DNA of 64,000 nucleotides from Paramoeba atlantica (Eukaryota > Protista > Discosea): NCBI GenBank assembly GCA_977017575.1, contig CDRNVI010000043.1, positions 496,001 through 560,000 on the forward strand, read 5' to 3'. The notes below the pieces were generated by a model. It was not told the origin of the DNA, searched no databases, and was given only the letters and a program-made list of their open reading frames with translations. Made by a program: the position numbers and the translations under genes. Position 1 is the first letter of the stretch. Each line of letters begins with the position of its first letter. Below, one piece after another: positions 11,002 through 21,298 of the stretch.

Positions 11002-11232
11002 CTAGAACAGGCGCCAGAATAAGGATGTCAGTGCCAGCAAGACGTACATACGGGCGGCGGAGAAGCAACTCTGCGCTTTCGTCTCAAGGTCCCAAATTTC
11101 TTCTCTGGAGTTAGAGTACATGACGAATGTGGGATGTCTGCATTGGAGAAGCATTCCAAACATGAAGAGCAGCAGGAACGCGGTACAAAAGTAGGCAGTA
11201 ATTATGTTCAAAAGTATCGGGGGTCGCTTCAT
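11002..11232 (-). CDS. RNASEK-like / V-ATPase subunit f small membrane protein
   Basis: 76 aa with two TM helices. AQSCFSAARMYVLL matches the RNASEK NCFIAAGLYLL motif. Confidence 0.6.
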   Translation of the reverse strand: MKRPPILLNIITAYFCTAFLLLFMFGMLLQCRHPTFVMYSNSREEIWDLETKAQSCFSAARMYVLLALTSLFWRLF

Positions 11233-11626
11233 TCACAACACAACCTCAAGATCACGCTACAGGAAAGGAGCACAAATCTTTTTCTCGGCATTCGGTTCAA
11301 ACAATAAATTAAATAGAATATTTGCTTCCTCTAAGGTAGTATAAATTATTATTAGAGTACCGTATATTACACAGTACTACATGCATCAGTCAAGAAAGTG
11401 AACAAGTGCGGTGATTATTAAAAAAATGTCAAACGAGCAATATCAAACACAACGCCATGATACAACACTAAACTCATTAGCTAATCGCGTCGTGGAGAAC
11501 GTATGCTCTTTTGTTCCTATAATATTTTGAGACATGCTTTTCGTTGCATAACTATTGAAAATGCATAGGATAACTGCTACTTGACATGTCAGGTCATAAA
11601 CCTCATTTACTGTTCAATGTTTCACT

Positions 11627-11908
11627 CTATAAATGCAGCTTCCCCTCTCTATCCCATTGCATTGTGCTGTCGCACCCACCAACGAATTCACCCTTTAGAA
11701 ACACGGCAGGTACAGTGTCATGCTGGTAACGCTCTCGAAGCTCCTTACGGATGCCCTCACCCTCTTCACCCATCGTGTCCACGAGAATTTCGCTATACGG
11801 AAGATTCCGTCTTTTTAGAAGCTCCTTGACATCCACACAGAATGGGCAGTGCGTGAAGGAGAACACAGTCACAGGGGCGCGAGCAAAGAACGATGAGATA
11901 ACGCTCAT
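11627..11908 (-). CDS. Dithiol glutaredoxin
   Basis: CPFC active site, TVP cis-proline motif and GGCD. Confidence 0.92.
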   Translation of the reverse strand: MSVISSFFARAPVTVFSFTHCPFCVDVKELLKRRNLPYSEILVDTMGEEGEGIRKELRERYQHDTVPAVFLKGEFVGGCDSTMQWDREGKLHL

Positions 11909-12149
11909 AAATAAAAAGTATCAGATACCGGATTTAAAATAGGGGAGCATCCATGTAATGCATAACGATTTGGACTCTTCGATATTCTAGATACTATCAT
12001 TTTTTCAGAAGTAAATTTTGGAATGTCAACATAATTAAAGCAATACAATCAACGGAGAGATCAACCAAAGTATATAACCGTTTTCATCGCCAGTCATCCA
12101 GAAACCCAATACTCTCGTAGGTTGTCTAATACTGTAAAGTTCAGTGGGT

Positions 12150-13745
12150 CTATTCTATCCAACCTTCTGCGTTGAATGCTTTGCTGTCGCCCTCCGAAGC
12201 AGGATCATCGTTTTTGTCATGAGATTGATCAAGATAGGTAACTGAGCTCGCGCAACAAATAAGAATAGCGAGCGTAACCATTTCATGCTTAGAAACACTT
12301 GAGGCAAGGTACATACTCAGGCTTGCACACAGAGCTTGCATTCCTTGAACACTGCCAAAAACAATTGCAGCGGGATAAGCACTAAATGCCACGGTGCCGT
12401 AATACAGAAGGAATACGTTACAGCACGAATTCGCTGTACCAATAACGAATGACAAAATAGCGACACCGAATACGGATTGTGCGAAATGAGGAAGATAAAG
12501 CATTCCTAATGAGGCAACCGTAACGCAGAGGTTCAATAAAATCAAGTTATGACGCGACTGAGAAAGGGCTAAGGATGCGGGTGATACAATCGACGGTACA
12601 TTCGTCGGCGTAATTACGAGTTGAGGTATCGTATCTCGAAGGTTGTGTACGGCATTGATATTGCCGTTGTATTCGGAATCTGGGAGAGTATGATAACCTT
12701 TGCCCTCTTCTTTCGTAGTACGATCACACAGTAACCCTAGTATGTACGACATTACAGAATCAGCTAAACCAACGCCAGTCATAACTAGCCCTATGCGTTG
12801 CACCCCAAGAGTGGGTCCAACAACATGGCCAGGGAAAAAGCTAAACCATAAGCCTACGGAGAAGCCGCTCCATGCCGCGACTGGCAGAAACTCGGCTAAA
12901 TCGGGATGGTCAAAAATGAAACGAAACAATGACAATAGTGAAGCTAATACGGAATTCCTTTTCGGTGTCGATAGTTCGATTGTTGTGTCGGGATGGGCGC
13001 TGCGTGTCACGTTCGGCGTACCTCGCGGGGTGGACTCGCAAGAGTCACATACCGATGAACTTTTTTCCCCATTATTAGCATGAACGTGACTGCGTTCAGC
13101 CATTCGTGTCCCACTCGATGATAAGTCTGGTAAAAGCGCATAAAGCAGAAGAACTCCAAGGCAGGATAGAACACCGTACACTAGAAAAAGGGACGAGTAC
13201 AACACTTGCTCTTGTAGCAGCACTGTCGTAAGTAGATTGCCCCCCACTTGAGAGAGTTGCAATAACATGTAGAACATTCCTGCGCGGTATCCTACTCCTG
13301 ATTCATCTGCTGCAGAGGACATAAAGCTCCCTTGTGCAGTCCACAGCACTCCGGCAGCCAGCCCGAAGAGAACGCTAGTAATTAAACACAGGACAGTGTA
13401 CTGTGGTGTCTTCCAGCGCGCTACATAGTACGGTAGGAAACAGATTCCACTCCAAATCAGAGCGTATCGTGTACCACGTTGTTGTACGATCTTGGGCGCA
13501 AGAAAAAGGGCTGAAATGCTGTAAAAAGCATACAACAGGGTCAAAGAGAGTGCACCGGTGGCCCCAAACGCTGCCTCCATCACTCCTAGACTCGCGTTGT
13601 ATGCTGTGTACATGACGCATATTCCTAGAGACAACACTGTTGTAGGTCTCAGACGAGGCAAAAAGGAAGAAATGGTATCATACCTCTCGTTTTCTTCTCC
13701 TACCAGGAGAACTGTGCTCATACCATCATTGATGTTTGTGTCCAT
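12150..13745 (-). CDS. UNC-93-like MFS membrane protein
   Basis: About 10-12 TM helices. APKIVQQRGTRYAL and GLAAGVLWTAQGSFMS are typical UNC-93 motifs. Confidence 0.8.
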   Translation of the reverse strand: MDTNINDGMSTVLLVGEENERYDTISSFLPRLRPTTVLSLGICVMYTAYNASLGVMEAAFGATGALSLTLLYAFYSISALFLAPKIVQQRGTRYALIWSGICFLPYYVARWKTPQYTVLCLITSVLFGLAAGVLWTAQGSFMSSAADESGVGYRAGMFYMLLQLSQVGGNLLTTVLLQEQVLYSSLFLVYGVLSCLGVLLLYALLPDLSSSGTRMAERSHVHANNGEKSSSVCDSCESTPRGTPNVTRSAHPDTTIELSTPKRNSVLASLLSLFRFIFDHPDLAEFLPVAAWSGFSVGLWFSFFPGHVVGPTLGVQRIGLVMTGVGLADSVMSYILGLLCDRTTKEEGKGYHTLPDSEYNGNINAVHNLRDTIPQLVITPTNVPSIVSPASLALSQSRHNLILLNLCVTVASLGMLYLPHFAQSVFGVAILSFVIGTANSCCNVFLLYYGTVAFSAYPAAIVFGSVQGMQALCASLSMYLASSVSKHEMVTLAILICCASSVTYLDQSHDKNDDPASEGDSKAFNAEGWIE

Positions 13746-14285
13746 GGAAGACCGGAATGCCGCGGCCAGTGTGTCACAGGTTGGAAAGCACGTAGCGACA
13801 TGTACCTACCTCATGTTGTAATCATACTGTTGTTCTATTATCATTCACCAAGTTTATTGCATAGTGGTGTCGTAGTCATAATTTATTACTTTGTAGTTGT
13901 TTTAAAGTAGAACAACATTTTTCTTTGATACAATATAATGAAAACAAGCAAGAAAAGAAAAATAGAACACAAACGTTCGTTTTTTAAACATTCTAGTACA
14001 GTTTGCCTTGTTTATTTTGCGTCCCTCTTGCCAGCTCAAAATACGAAGTACATACGTAGTATTCCGAAAATATGTAATACATACGTATTTCAGTAAGCTC
14101 TCTTGGCTTCTTTCGTCCCTTCAATCCAGATGGATCAGCTAAGGGTCAGGATTGATGCCCTACATCAAACCACATGTCAGATGAATTCGGCATTCAATCC
14201 GGTTTATTAGGGTAAAAGGCTTGCTGTATTCATGCGCTTTCCCTAACATTTGTTTTTAATAGAAAAGAACCGAGATCCTACAGAT

Positions 14286-15125
14286 TTATTCGCTATCATA
14301 AGCGGCACATAGTGCGTTGCTTGCAACAAGTTGATTCGATGACGAGAGCTGCTTCCGTTTCGCATCAAATGTCCGGTCGCGGGTGAAGATTGAAGAACCA
14401 AAAAAGGTTAGCCTTTCGGTACGGTTTTCGCTTCTAATTTCGCCTTGCGCTTTTAGATTCCGAAAGAACTTTAGTGCTTCCTCGTCATCTGATGATACGT
14501 CGCAAGGTAATTCTACATCTTGCAAGGAGGGCGATTTAATCCCCGATTTTTTAATGTTCTCGTTTCTTGATCCTGAAAGTAATTTCTTAGCTCTCTCTTC
14601 TCTTTCATTCATGTTCCATCGAAGTTCATACAAGCTATCGGTTTCTTCTTGAATTTTCCTTGCCTTTTCTATCCTCTGCTCAGCGGACTCCTGAGTCGAA
14701 GCTTGAATAATTGTTTCCCTTTGCGCATCGCCAAGCTGCCTAACGGCTTCCATGCGGTCCTTCCAAGGTGCACTAATATTCGTAGCCCCAGATTCAACTA
14801 CATAACCACGAGATTGTGGGTCAGTTCCCAGTTTAATTATCTCACGGCAGTTGGGACACTTAAAGCTCAGCCGATATAATGCTACTCCTAAGTATTTCTC
14901 CCCAGTAGCCTCGACATGTGCGTTCACTTTGGTCATTCGTGCGATAAAATGTGAACATGACACGCATTGTAAAGCCAATTCCACCATGTGAGTCACCTTT
15001 CTTCGCGCGGTTTTCGTTGTTTCTTGCGTTTCCGTGGCATCTTGCGTTCCTTGTAGGGTTTGAAATACGTCAAAATCCGGAGCATGGTAGTATCCCCCCG
15101 AAAAAGTGGAGTTAATCTTTCCCAT
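14286..15125 (-). CDS. YJU2: Splicing factor YJU2/CCDC94 (CWC16)
   Basis: YYHAPDFD, LQCVSCSHFI, EKYLGVALYRLSFKCPNC and GTDPQSRGYVVESGA. Start placed at the ATG at 15125, directly after CAG. Confidence 0.85.
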   Translation of the reverse strand: MGKINSTFSGGYYHAPDFDVFQTLQGTQDATETQETTKTARRKVTHMVELALQCVSCSHFIARMTKVNAHVEATGEKYLGVALYRLSFKCPNCREIIKLGTDPQSRGYVVESGATNISAPWKDRMEAVRQLGDAQRETIIQASTQESAEQRIEKARKIQEETDSLYELRWNMNEREERAKKLLSGSRNENIKKSGIKSPSLQDVELPCDVSSDDEEALKFFRNLKAQGEIRSENRTERLTFFGSSIFTRDRTFDAKRKQLSSSNQLVASNALCAAYDSE

Positions 15126-15460
15126 CTGAGCAGAACAGTTTGCCAAGAAAAAAATATTGGAATTTATGAATTCATTACACAAGATTGGTTGCACAAGAAC
15201 GGGTACAGTATCTTAAAAGTTCTATTACTCTGCCGTATTATTATACAAGAAACATTTCACAAGAGAATTGCTAAAAGGGCAAGATCAGTGTAGCTAAATG
15301 ATAGCGTCATAGAGTGTAAAAAAAGAATATCAAACGTAAATTAACGGCACACTTCAATGGCTATTTCATGTTGTTTGTGTGCAGAAAGTGCAAGACATGT
15401 ACATATTAGGCAAGCAGAAAACATAAAACATATTCTAGTTTTCCATAAATTCTGAAAACA

Positions 15461-16087
15461 CTATTGACTAGAGCTCACTAATGCACGAAATCTCGAGAAA
15501 AGCAATCTCGACGTAGAAGTATTCGGGCACGATCTGTCGACAGATGCTCGCATTGCCGGACAGTATGTAATCGAGCTCAAATCCCCTAGCATTTGGCTGA
15601 TTGTAGATTCAGTCTTCGGCAAACTTGGCCGTTTTGTTCGTGCACAATATTTCCGCAGATAATTGGCAGGATAAACGTAATCCATGAACTTGTCAAGGGT
15701 CGAAGCGTATTTGTCGATGGAATCATTCTCAAAAAGCGCGTCCGAGGGTTGCAACTTGACCGTTGTCCAATTTTCATCGTGAAAACGAGAAAACTTAGAT
15801 AGCAGGGCTTCTTTCATGATGTGTTTGGCAGCAAGAGGAATATTTAACCGAGGATCTGTGTGTATCTTCTCAAAATTACATGCCTCGATAAGACCAGAGA
15901 GTGCTTTCCCATAACCTTCTGAGATGGAGTCAGGAATCCAAGTGTCGTCTCCGAGAAATAGAAACTTTCCAGACTCAAAAGCTTTTTTATACGTGCCGCT
16001 GAGGCCTCGTTCATAGGATGGGAGTGGGGCAGCCAAAAGGCACTTGTAGCTTAGGGTGAGATGCAGATGATCCTCACTCGTCATCAC
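15461..16087 (-). CDS. Hypothetical protein (possibly the 3' part of a disrupted gene extending to 16630)
   Basis: 208-aa ORF on the polycistron strand, in the same frame as ORF 16259-16630 and separated from it by two in-frame stops. Confidence 0.4.
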   Translation of the reverse strand: MMTSEDHLHLTLSYKCLLAAPLPSYERGLSGTYKKAFESGKFLFLGDDTWIPDSISEGYGKALSGLIEACNFEKIHTDPRLNIPLAAKHIMKEALLSKFSRFHDENWTTVKLQPSDALFENDSIDKYASTLDKFMDYVYPANYLRKYCARTKRPSLPKTESTISQMLGDLSSITYCPAMRASVDRSCPNTSTSRLLFSRFRALVSSSQ

Positions 16088-16908
16088 ATGCTGTTCGTCG
16101 GGGTGACCCTTGAATTCTCCGAGCCCGATAGTAATGTGTACACAATGTCAAACGTAGGACATACATTTTTCCCCCATAGGAACTCTCTCCATGCTCAAAA
16201 TTGGGGATGATCTCGCCACAGACACAGGATATTTTTCCATCGTATCAAGATTATAAATTTAGATGTCGCCCAAAACGAACATACTGCTTAGTCTGGACCA
16301 CTTTGCACTAGGACTCTCGCATAAAGTATGTTCGAAGTAGGAAGCCAGCGCGCTCGTCACACAAGCGGTGGGGTACTTTGCGTAAAGAGTGTAAGAAAGC
16401 CGAAGGGTGCTAGGGCTCATAGGTGAATTGGTCCTCGTATCTTCGTTCTTCCGAGAGTCGCTCAAACAGATACCGTTTTCGTCAGATTTCCGAAAAGTAT
16501 AATCTTCTACAACTTGAGGAGGTTCTATTTCTACATTGGCATGTGCTGATAAAATTCCGAGCATGTGATTTATCACACAGATGTCGACAGATTTATTTAT
16601 ATTACTGTTCCCCCACCACTTATTTGTCACCCCTTTTTCGAAAAAAGGACAAATAAGTAAGGGGGGTAGAGCTATGACAATTACGTGGGGGGATTACAGT
16701 TCGTGCATACTTCAAAAATATCTGCTTACGAATGTTCTTAGGTCAGCGTTAGTACCATCAGTAAGATAGCAGTGCCAGGGAAGACCACGAGGAAGTCCCG
16801 ACCTTACTTCCCCATTTTGGGTTGCGCCCAGAAGCAAGCCCACTTTAATTTTGCAATAGTCAAAACTTTGCGATAGAGAAAAAAGGTTATGGTATTAGTA
16901 TCATACAT

Positions 16909-17015
16909 GAAGCGAGTACAGTACTCGTGTACTCACCCGAGTTGTATAGCGAGTAATTACTCGGAGTACCGTACTCGCCGTACTCGCTTCCAGCAGGTAT
17001 TTACTCGCTATACAA
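16909..17015. repeat. Interleaved inverted repeats built from GTACTCG/CGAGTAC motifs
   Basis: GAAGCGAGTAC (16909-19) pairs with GTACTCGCTTC (16980-90). TTGTATAGCGAGTAA (16942-56) pairs with TTACTCGCTATACAA (17001-15). Confidence 0.75.
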
Positions 17016-17201
17016 GTGAGTTTGGAACAAGTGACGTTATGTTACGAATTTTCTGGTCGAGCAATTGCTGGTCGAGGAGGATGTGAGATGTGATAAAGGA
17101 TGGAATGCGGGGTGTAAATGCGTTTGCAGTACAATCTTGTCGTCGCAATCTTGTTACTAATTACAGTAAAGTATTGTTGACTAATTTGACTCAGACGAGA
17201 T

Positions 17202-17314
17202 GTAGTGCCTCCTTATTCATTTCCGAAGTAGTGTAACAAGAAACTAAATAGAAATTAAAGCATACGGTAAAAAAATACGTAGTGCCTTCTTATTCATTTC
17301 CGAAACGGTGTAAC
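17202..17314. repeat. About 36-bp direct repeat pair abutting a transposon end
   Basis: GTAGTGCCT(C/T)CTTATTCATTTCCGAA...GTGTAAC at 17202-17237 and 17279-17314. Confidence 0.7.
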
Positions 17315-17316
17315 TA

Positions 17317-17450
17317 AACCGGGGGACGGAATAATATTAAGTTGTTGAAACTTAATAATAACTTGACAACTTAATAGCCTGTCAAACTTAATAATAACTT
17401 GTCAACGTTTTGAAACTTAATATTAACTCGTCGGCGGGTTATTATTAGGT
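17317..17450 (-). mobile_element. Solo right end of the pogo-like family (cf. 53307-55559)
   Basis: TA|AACCGGGGGACGGAATAATATTAAGTTGTTGAAACTTAATAATAAC... is nearly identical to the reverse complement of 55450-55559. Confidence 0.88.
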
Positions 17451-17692
17451 TTTTGATGACTTTTAAGGTGACGTTTATCATTGGAGGGTGTGTAGGCCGT
17501 AGCTGGAGGTTGCTAGCAGTCGCTTGCAGTAACTGGTAATCAATGAGAGCCTCTGGTTGCCACTGGAGGTCAGAATGACTAGAAAACGACTAGAAGTCGC
17601 ACTGGAAAGTCGCTTCTTTCACTCTACCGTCCCTAGCATCGCATTAGCAAAATTACTTATGCATTAACGGTTAAGCATTTTGCTTCATAGCA

Positions 17693-17763
17693 CTACATAT
17701 GAATGGCCTACATATGAATGGACTACTTATGAATGGCCCCCGCAGTCCCCTGACTTAAATCCA
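17693..17763 (+). mobile_element. Tc1-like transposase remnant with a 15-bp tandem triplication
   Basis: CTAC(A/T)TATGAATGG(C/A) x3 at 17693-17737; 17731-17763 encodes EWPPQSPDLNP. Confidence 0.65.
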
Positions 17764-18340
17764 AGTCGGGATAATATCCACTGACTACACCTCCCTTAAG
17801 TAACGCTTGAAGACAACGGGAAATATGGCATCTGTATGTGTATGTAGATGACGTAGCTGAGTGTGAGTCGTCCGTAATGCCAATGCAATTGAGGAAAACT
17901 TGGTTGAATATATAGTTCGTACAGAATCAGGATCAGAAAGATTGCATCTATCATTTTCAGATCCCGGCTCAATCAACAAAGCAATCGAGCACACGTCAAA
18001 ATTAGTAGCTAAACAGGTCGAAAAGGTTCGGTTCTCAGGATTCATAAAATTTTTATGATAATATTACAAATAATTTACTACATCGGTCAAAAGCCTTAGA
18101 ACACACCTGCGCTATTCGCCTTTGGTTAGTAAGTGTATACACCTAAAGATCCCTTGTACACTAAATACCAGACTTCTCATGTACTTTCTTACAACACCAA
18201 GGAATACAAGTCATGAAAGAACACCAATGAGAATTACAATTTTATTTCCCAATAAATTTTCTATCGTTTTGTAATGGAGCTTTCCTTCCAAGCCCAGCAC
18301 CGTAGCGGCATCTTTTGGAATTCGCTCACCAGCACCTCCG

Positions 18341-19240
18341 CTATTCCAAAAGCAGCAGCTTCTCCACCAAAGTAAGCAGCACTTTCAACGCCTTCAACAC
18401 ATACTGCGTCCCCGCAGAATCCTGTGTGGACTGGAGCAACAATTCCTTCACTTTTGCCGTAGGAAACCGACTCAGCAACGACATCGCTTGTCGCACCCCC
18501 AGCAACGTCTCCGAGGACACCTGCGTACCCCCCGCATCCTCTCCACTCCCCCGTCGTAACTCCCCCATCAGCTGCTCCACCTCCGCTACCGCCGCACTTA
18601 CCGCATCCCCTCCCCTCCCCTTCTCCCCCACCCCCACCGTCCGCGCCATCTCCGGAAACAACCCCCCCACCACCTCCTGCAGCACCACCCCCTGGGTGCG
18701 GTTACACGGACGTATCGTGTACCCGACGTGGCGGTACACCCGCGCCACCCTCCTCCCCTCCCCCTCCCCCCCGAGCACCGCACTCACCGCGGCCAGCACC
18801 CGCAGCCGCACCCCCCCGCCCCCCAGCCCCCCGTCCACGACCACCCGGGCGTACAGCGGGGTGTTACGCAGCCCGAGGGTGTGGTCGATCACGGGGTCCG
18901 CGGCGGGGCTCAGCCCGGTGGCGTACCACCCGACGAGCGGCGGGAGGGCGACCGTGCGCCCGAGACGCTGCAGCGCCTCCCAGGGCTGGACCTGGAGCGT
19001 GAGGGTGGCGCCGGTGTGCTCGGTGTGGGGGAGGGGGAGGGAGCGGCGGAGCTCGAGGGTGTCGTGGCGCAGGACCCCGTAGAGGGCGCCGACGGCCCGG
19101 GGCTGGTGGGGGGCGCGACGGGCGTGGTGGTCCAGGATGGAGAGGACGACGGAGGGGTCGAGCTCGACGGCGCGGAGGGGGGAGAAGAGGGAGGGGGGGG
19201 AGGGGGAGGGGGGGAGAGGGGGGGTCTCGGAGGAGGTCAT
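18341..19240 (-). CDS. EIF3F: Translation initiation factor eIF3 subunit f (non-catalytic MPN domain)
   Basis: VELDPSVVLSILDHHARR...RAVGALYG...SLPLPHTE...LVGWYATG aligns with the eIF3f MPN- domain. Confidence 0.75.
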   Translation of the reverse strand: MTSSETPPLPPSPSPPSLFSPLRAVELDPSVVLSILDHHARRAPHQPRAVGALYGVLRHDTLELRRSLPLPHTEHTGATLTLQVQPWEALQRLGRTVALPPLVGWYATGLSPAADPVIDHTLGLRNTPLYARVVVDGGLGGGGVRLRVLAAVSAVLGGEGEGRRVARVYRHVGYTIRPCNRTQGVVLQEVVGGLFPEMARTVGVGEKGRGGDAVSAAVAEVEQLMGELRRGSGEDAGGTQVSSETLLGVRQAMSLLSRFPTAKVKELLLQSTQDSAGTQYVLKALKVLLTLVEKLLLLE

Positions 19241-19717
19241 GGGAGAGTAGAGGGGGGGAAGGGGTGAAGGGAATAGGGAAATGTGAAAGGGGGATTGATG
19301 AAGAGAATGAGGCGTGTGGGATGTGAGGGGTGGTCTTGTAGGGGGGTAATTGAATTATTGAATAAAAAAATTGAATAAAAAGGTGAAAAAAAGAAAGTGT
19401 AGAGGATAGGCATATTTCGGTATCAGGTGAATAAGAGGGAAAAATGGTTCCTTGTGCGTCCTTGCTCTCTTGTGCTGAATGAAAATTGCTGATGAAGCAT
19501 TTGAAAAGTAACTATTACTAATCTGTAGAATATACAAGAATGATATGCTTTGCACACCACTGTAACGCAAAACAAATCAGCTCATTATAAAAGCAAAAGA
19601 TGAGGACAACTACGGCGAAATTTATGTTCTAAGAAAATACACTCACTAAAGTAGTATCTCATAGTACGTACTAAAATACTAGTTAGACTAATTTAGTTGA
19701 TGTGGTTAGTAACTGAC

Positions 19718-20095
19718 CTAGTCAAGTTCGGAAGAAAACGCTTTCTTCCTTGCAGAAGTGTGCACTCCGGATGTAGTGCTGGTAAAATTTGAAATTATTT
19801 TCAGTAAGGCGGTGTAAATAACTACCACCAGTGCGCATGTTGCTATTGGGATGATGAGTGCCTGGAGATTTCCTAGCAAAGTTCCAGCCGGGCCGGACCA
19901 GAAGGCAATGAGACTATACGCAAAGAAGCAACCTGCGAGAAACCCGTGAAAGTTATGGTACAAATAGCTAGAAAGGGATGGATGACCTGCCAGCAGGACA
20001 TATTGAAGAAGCATATTAACAATATTAAAGTTGCCTAAACCATCACTTTTCATAGCGTAGTGCTCCCAAACAACGCTTTTTTTAAAACTTGTCAC
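19718..20095 (-). CDS. Small hypothetical membrane protein (2-3 TM)
   Basis: Hydrophobic segments on the polycistron strand. The true start may be a downstream ATG. Confidence 0.5.
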   Translation of the reverse strand: MTSFKKSVVWEHYAMKSDGLGNFNIVNMLLQYVLLAGHPSLSSYLYHNFHGFLAGCFFAYSLIAFWSGPAGTLLGNLQALIIPIATCALVVVIYTALLKIISNFTSTTSGVHTSARKKAFSSELD

Positions 20096-20167
20096 TTACT
20101 TATAGACGAAATTAAGTTCATGTTATCTATTTTCTAATCTTTTCGAATCGAGATCCATGGCACAAGA

Positions 20168-21019
20168 CTAGGCAAAAGGAATCCACGTCTTTGCCCTATT
20201 CTTCACGGGCTGCAAATGTGTGGATAAGTTTGTGTGAGCCAGAGAGCTCCATAAAACGTCCTCTTCACACCCGTGAGTCATCTCGTCCCGGACGTAGCTA
20301 AACCACTTGCGGGCGGCGGGATGGTCCCCCAGCAGAAGGTGTGCAATGGCCAGGCGTGTCACATTTTCCATATTTTCCGGATCCAGTTCCTTTGCCAATG
20401 TGTGGTATCGCACGGCATTTTTTAGCATCTCGTTCTGAGGAGGAAGTCGATACACTACACGTTGTAGGAGCCCGTAAGGTGTGTACCACGGACGGGCTGT
20501 GCGTGAGTCCATGGCACCAAGTGCCATCGCAACATCAGAGGTGGGATGTTGAGCCAAGACCCGGTCCCCCACATCATGAATACGTCTCCAGTTATGTATC
20601 AAACTTATTTCTTTGAGCTCAGGGAAGTAGAACTGCTGATCCGCAGCTTTCACGGCACACAATGTGAAGTATCTAGCACACTGCCACGCCAGGGGGTCTT
20701 TCTGAAGGCAACGATGGGTGACTTCAAGGGCGTTGTGAAGAACGTCCAGGCGGTCAATCCAGTGCACACGCATGTGAGGACTCATCACTCGTTCGTACTC
20801 ACATGCGGTTTGGCCGAGTAAAGCCATGAGTTCCGTGTCCTCCGGGTTCTCCGAGAGCTGTTTTTTCGCATAACGATACGCCTCTGAGTGCAGTCCCACA
20901 TGAAGCAGTTTGTCTCTGGTCTGGAAGATGGTGTCTTTGCGATCATCGGTCGATTCCAGATGTTTTTCAATTCCGGGTTTCGATTTTTCGGTCTCATTTT
21001 TCGAGAAATGGTTCCCCAT
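20168..21019 (-). CDS. RMD1/FAM82-like TPR protein
   Basis: TPR pattern with ENPEDTELMALLG, RPWY...LPP and AKELDPEN matches the regulator-of-microtubule-dynamics family. MGxxxS N-myristoylation-like start. Confidence 0.65.
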   Translation of the reverse strand: MGNHFSKNETEKSKPGIEKHLESTDDRKDTIFQTRDKLLHVGLHSEAYRYAKKQLSENPEDTELMALLGQTACEYERVMSPHMRVHWIDRLDVLHNALEVTHRCLQKDPLAWQCARYFTLCAVKAADQQFYFPELKEISLIHNWRRIHDVGDRVLAQHPTSDVAMALGAMDSRTARPWYTPYGLLQRVVYRLPPQNEMLKNAVRYHTLAKELDPENMENVTRLAIAHLLLGDHPAARKWFSYVRDEMTHGCEEDVLWSSLAHTNLSTHLQPVKNRAKTWIPFA

Positions 21020-21298
21020 AGCACCAACAGGCCTTGTATTGTATAGTATAGAAAATAGCGTGTTATATAGTATGCGCCGTAGTTACTAACAGTTTTCTTT
21101 CCTAAGCGACGGACGCCCTAAAGGATACCATCGATGAGTAAGCTATGACTAATGTACTTCTTGCTCACCTTGGTCTGCAAATTCACTGTAATAAATATCA
21201 CTGTAATAAAATACAATACAATAAATATGTGGAAGAAAAAAATGTTACTTAGGAATTTGTGTGTGAATAGGTTCATAGTGTCACTACCTTTGTCTGTA

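Noticed and set aside
18315-19267. Long + strand ORFs (255 aa, 179 aa) over eIF3f
   Set aside because: Antisense shadows of a GC-rich gene with few stop codons; low-complexity translations with no motifs.
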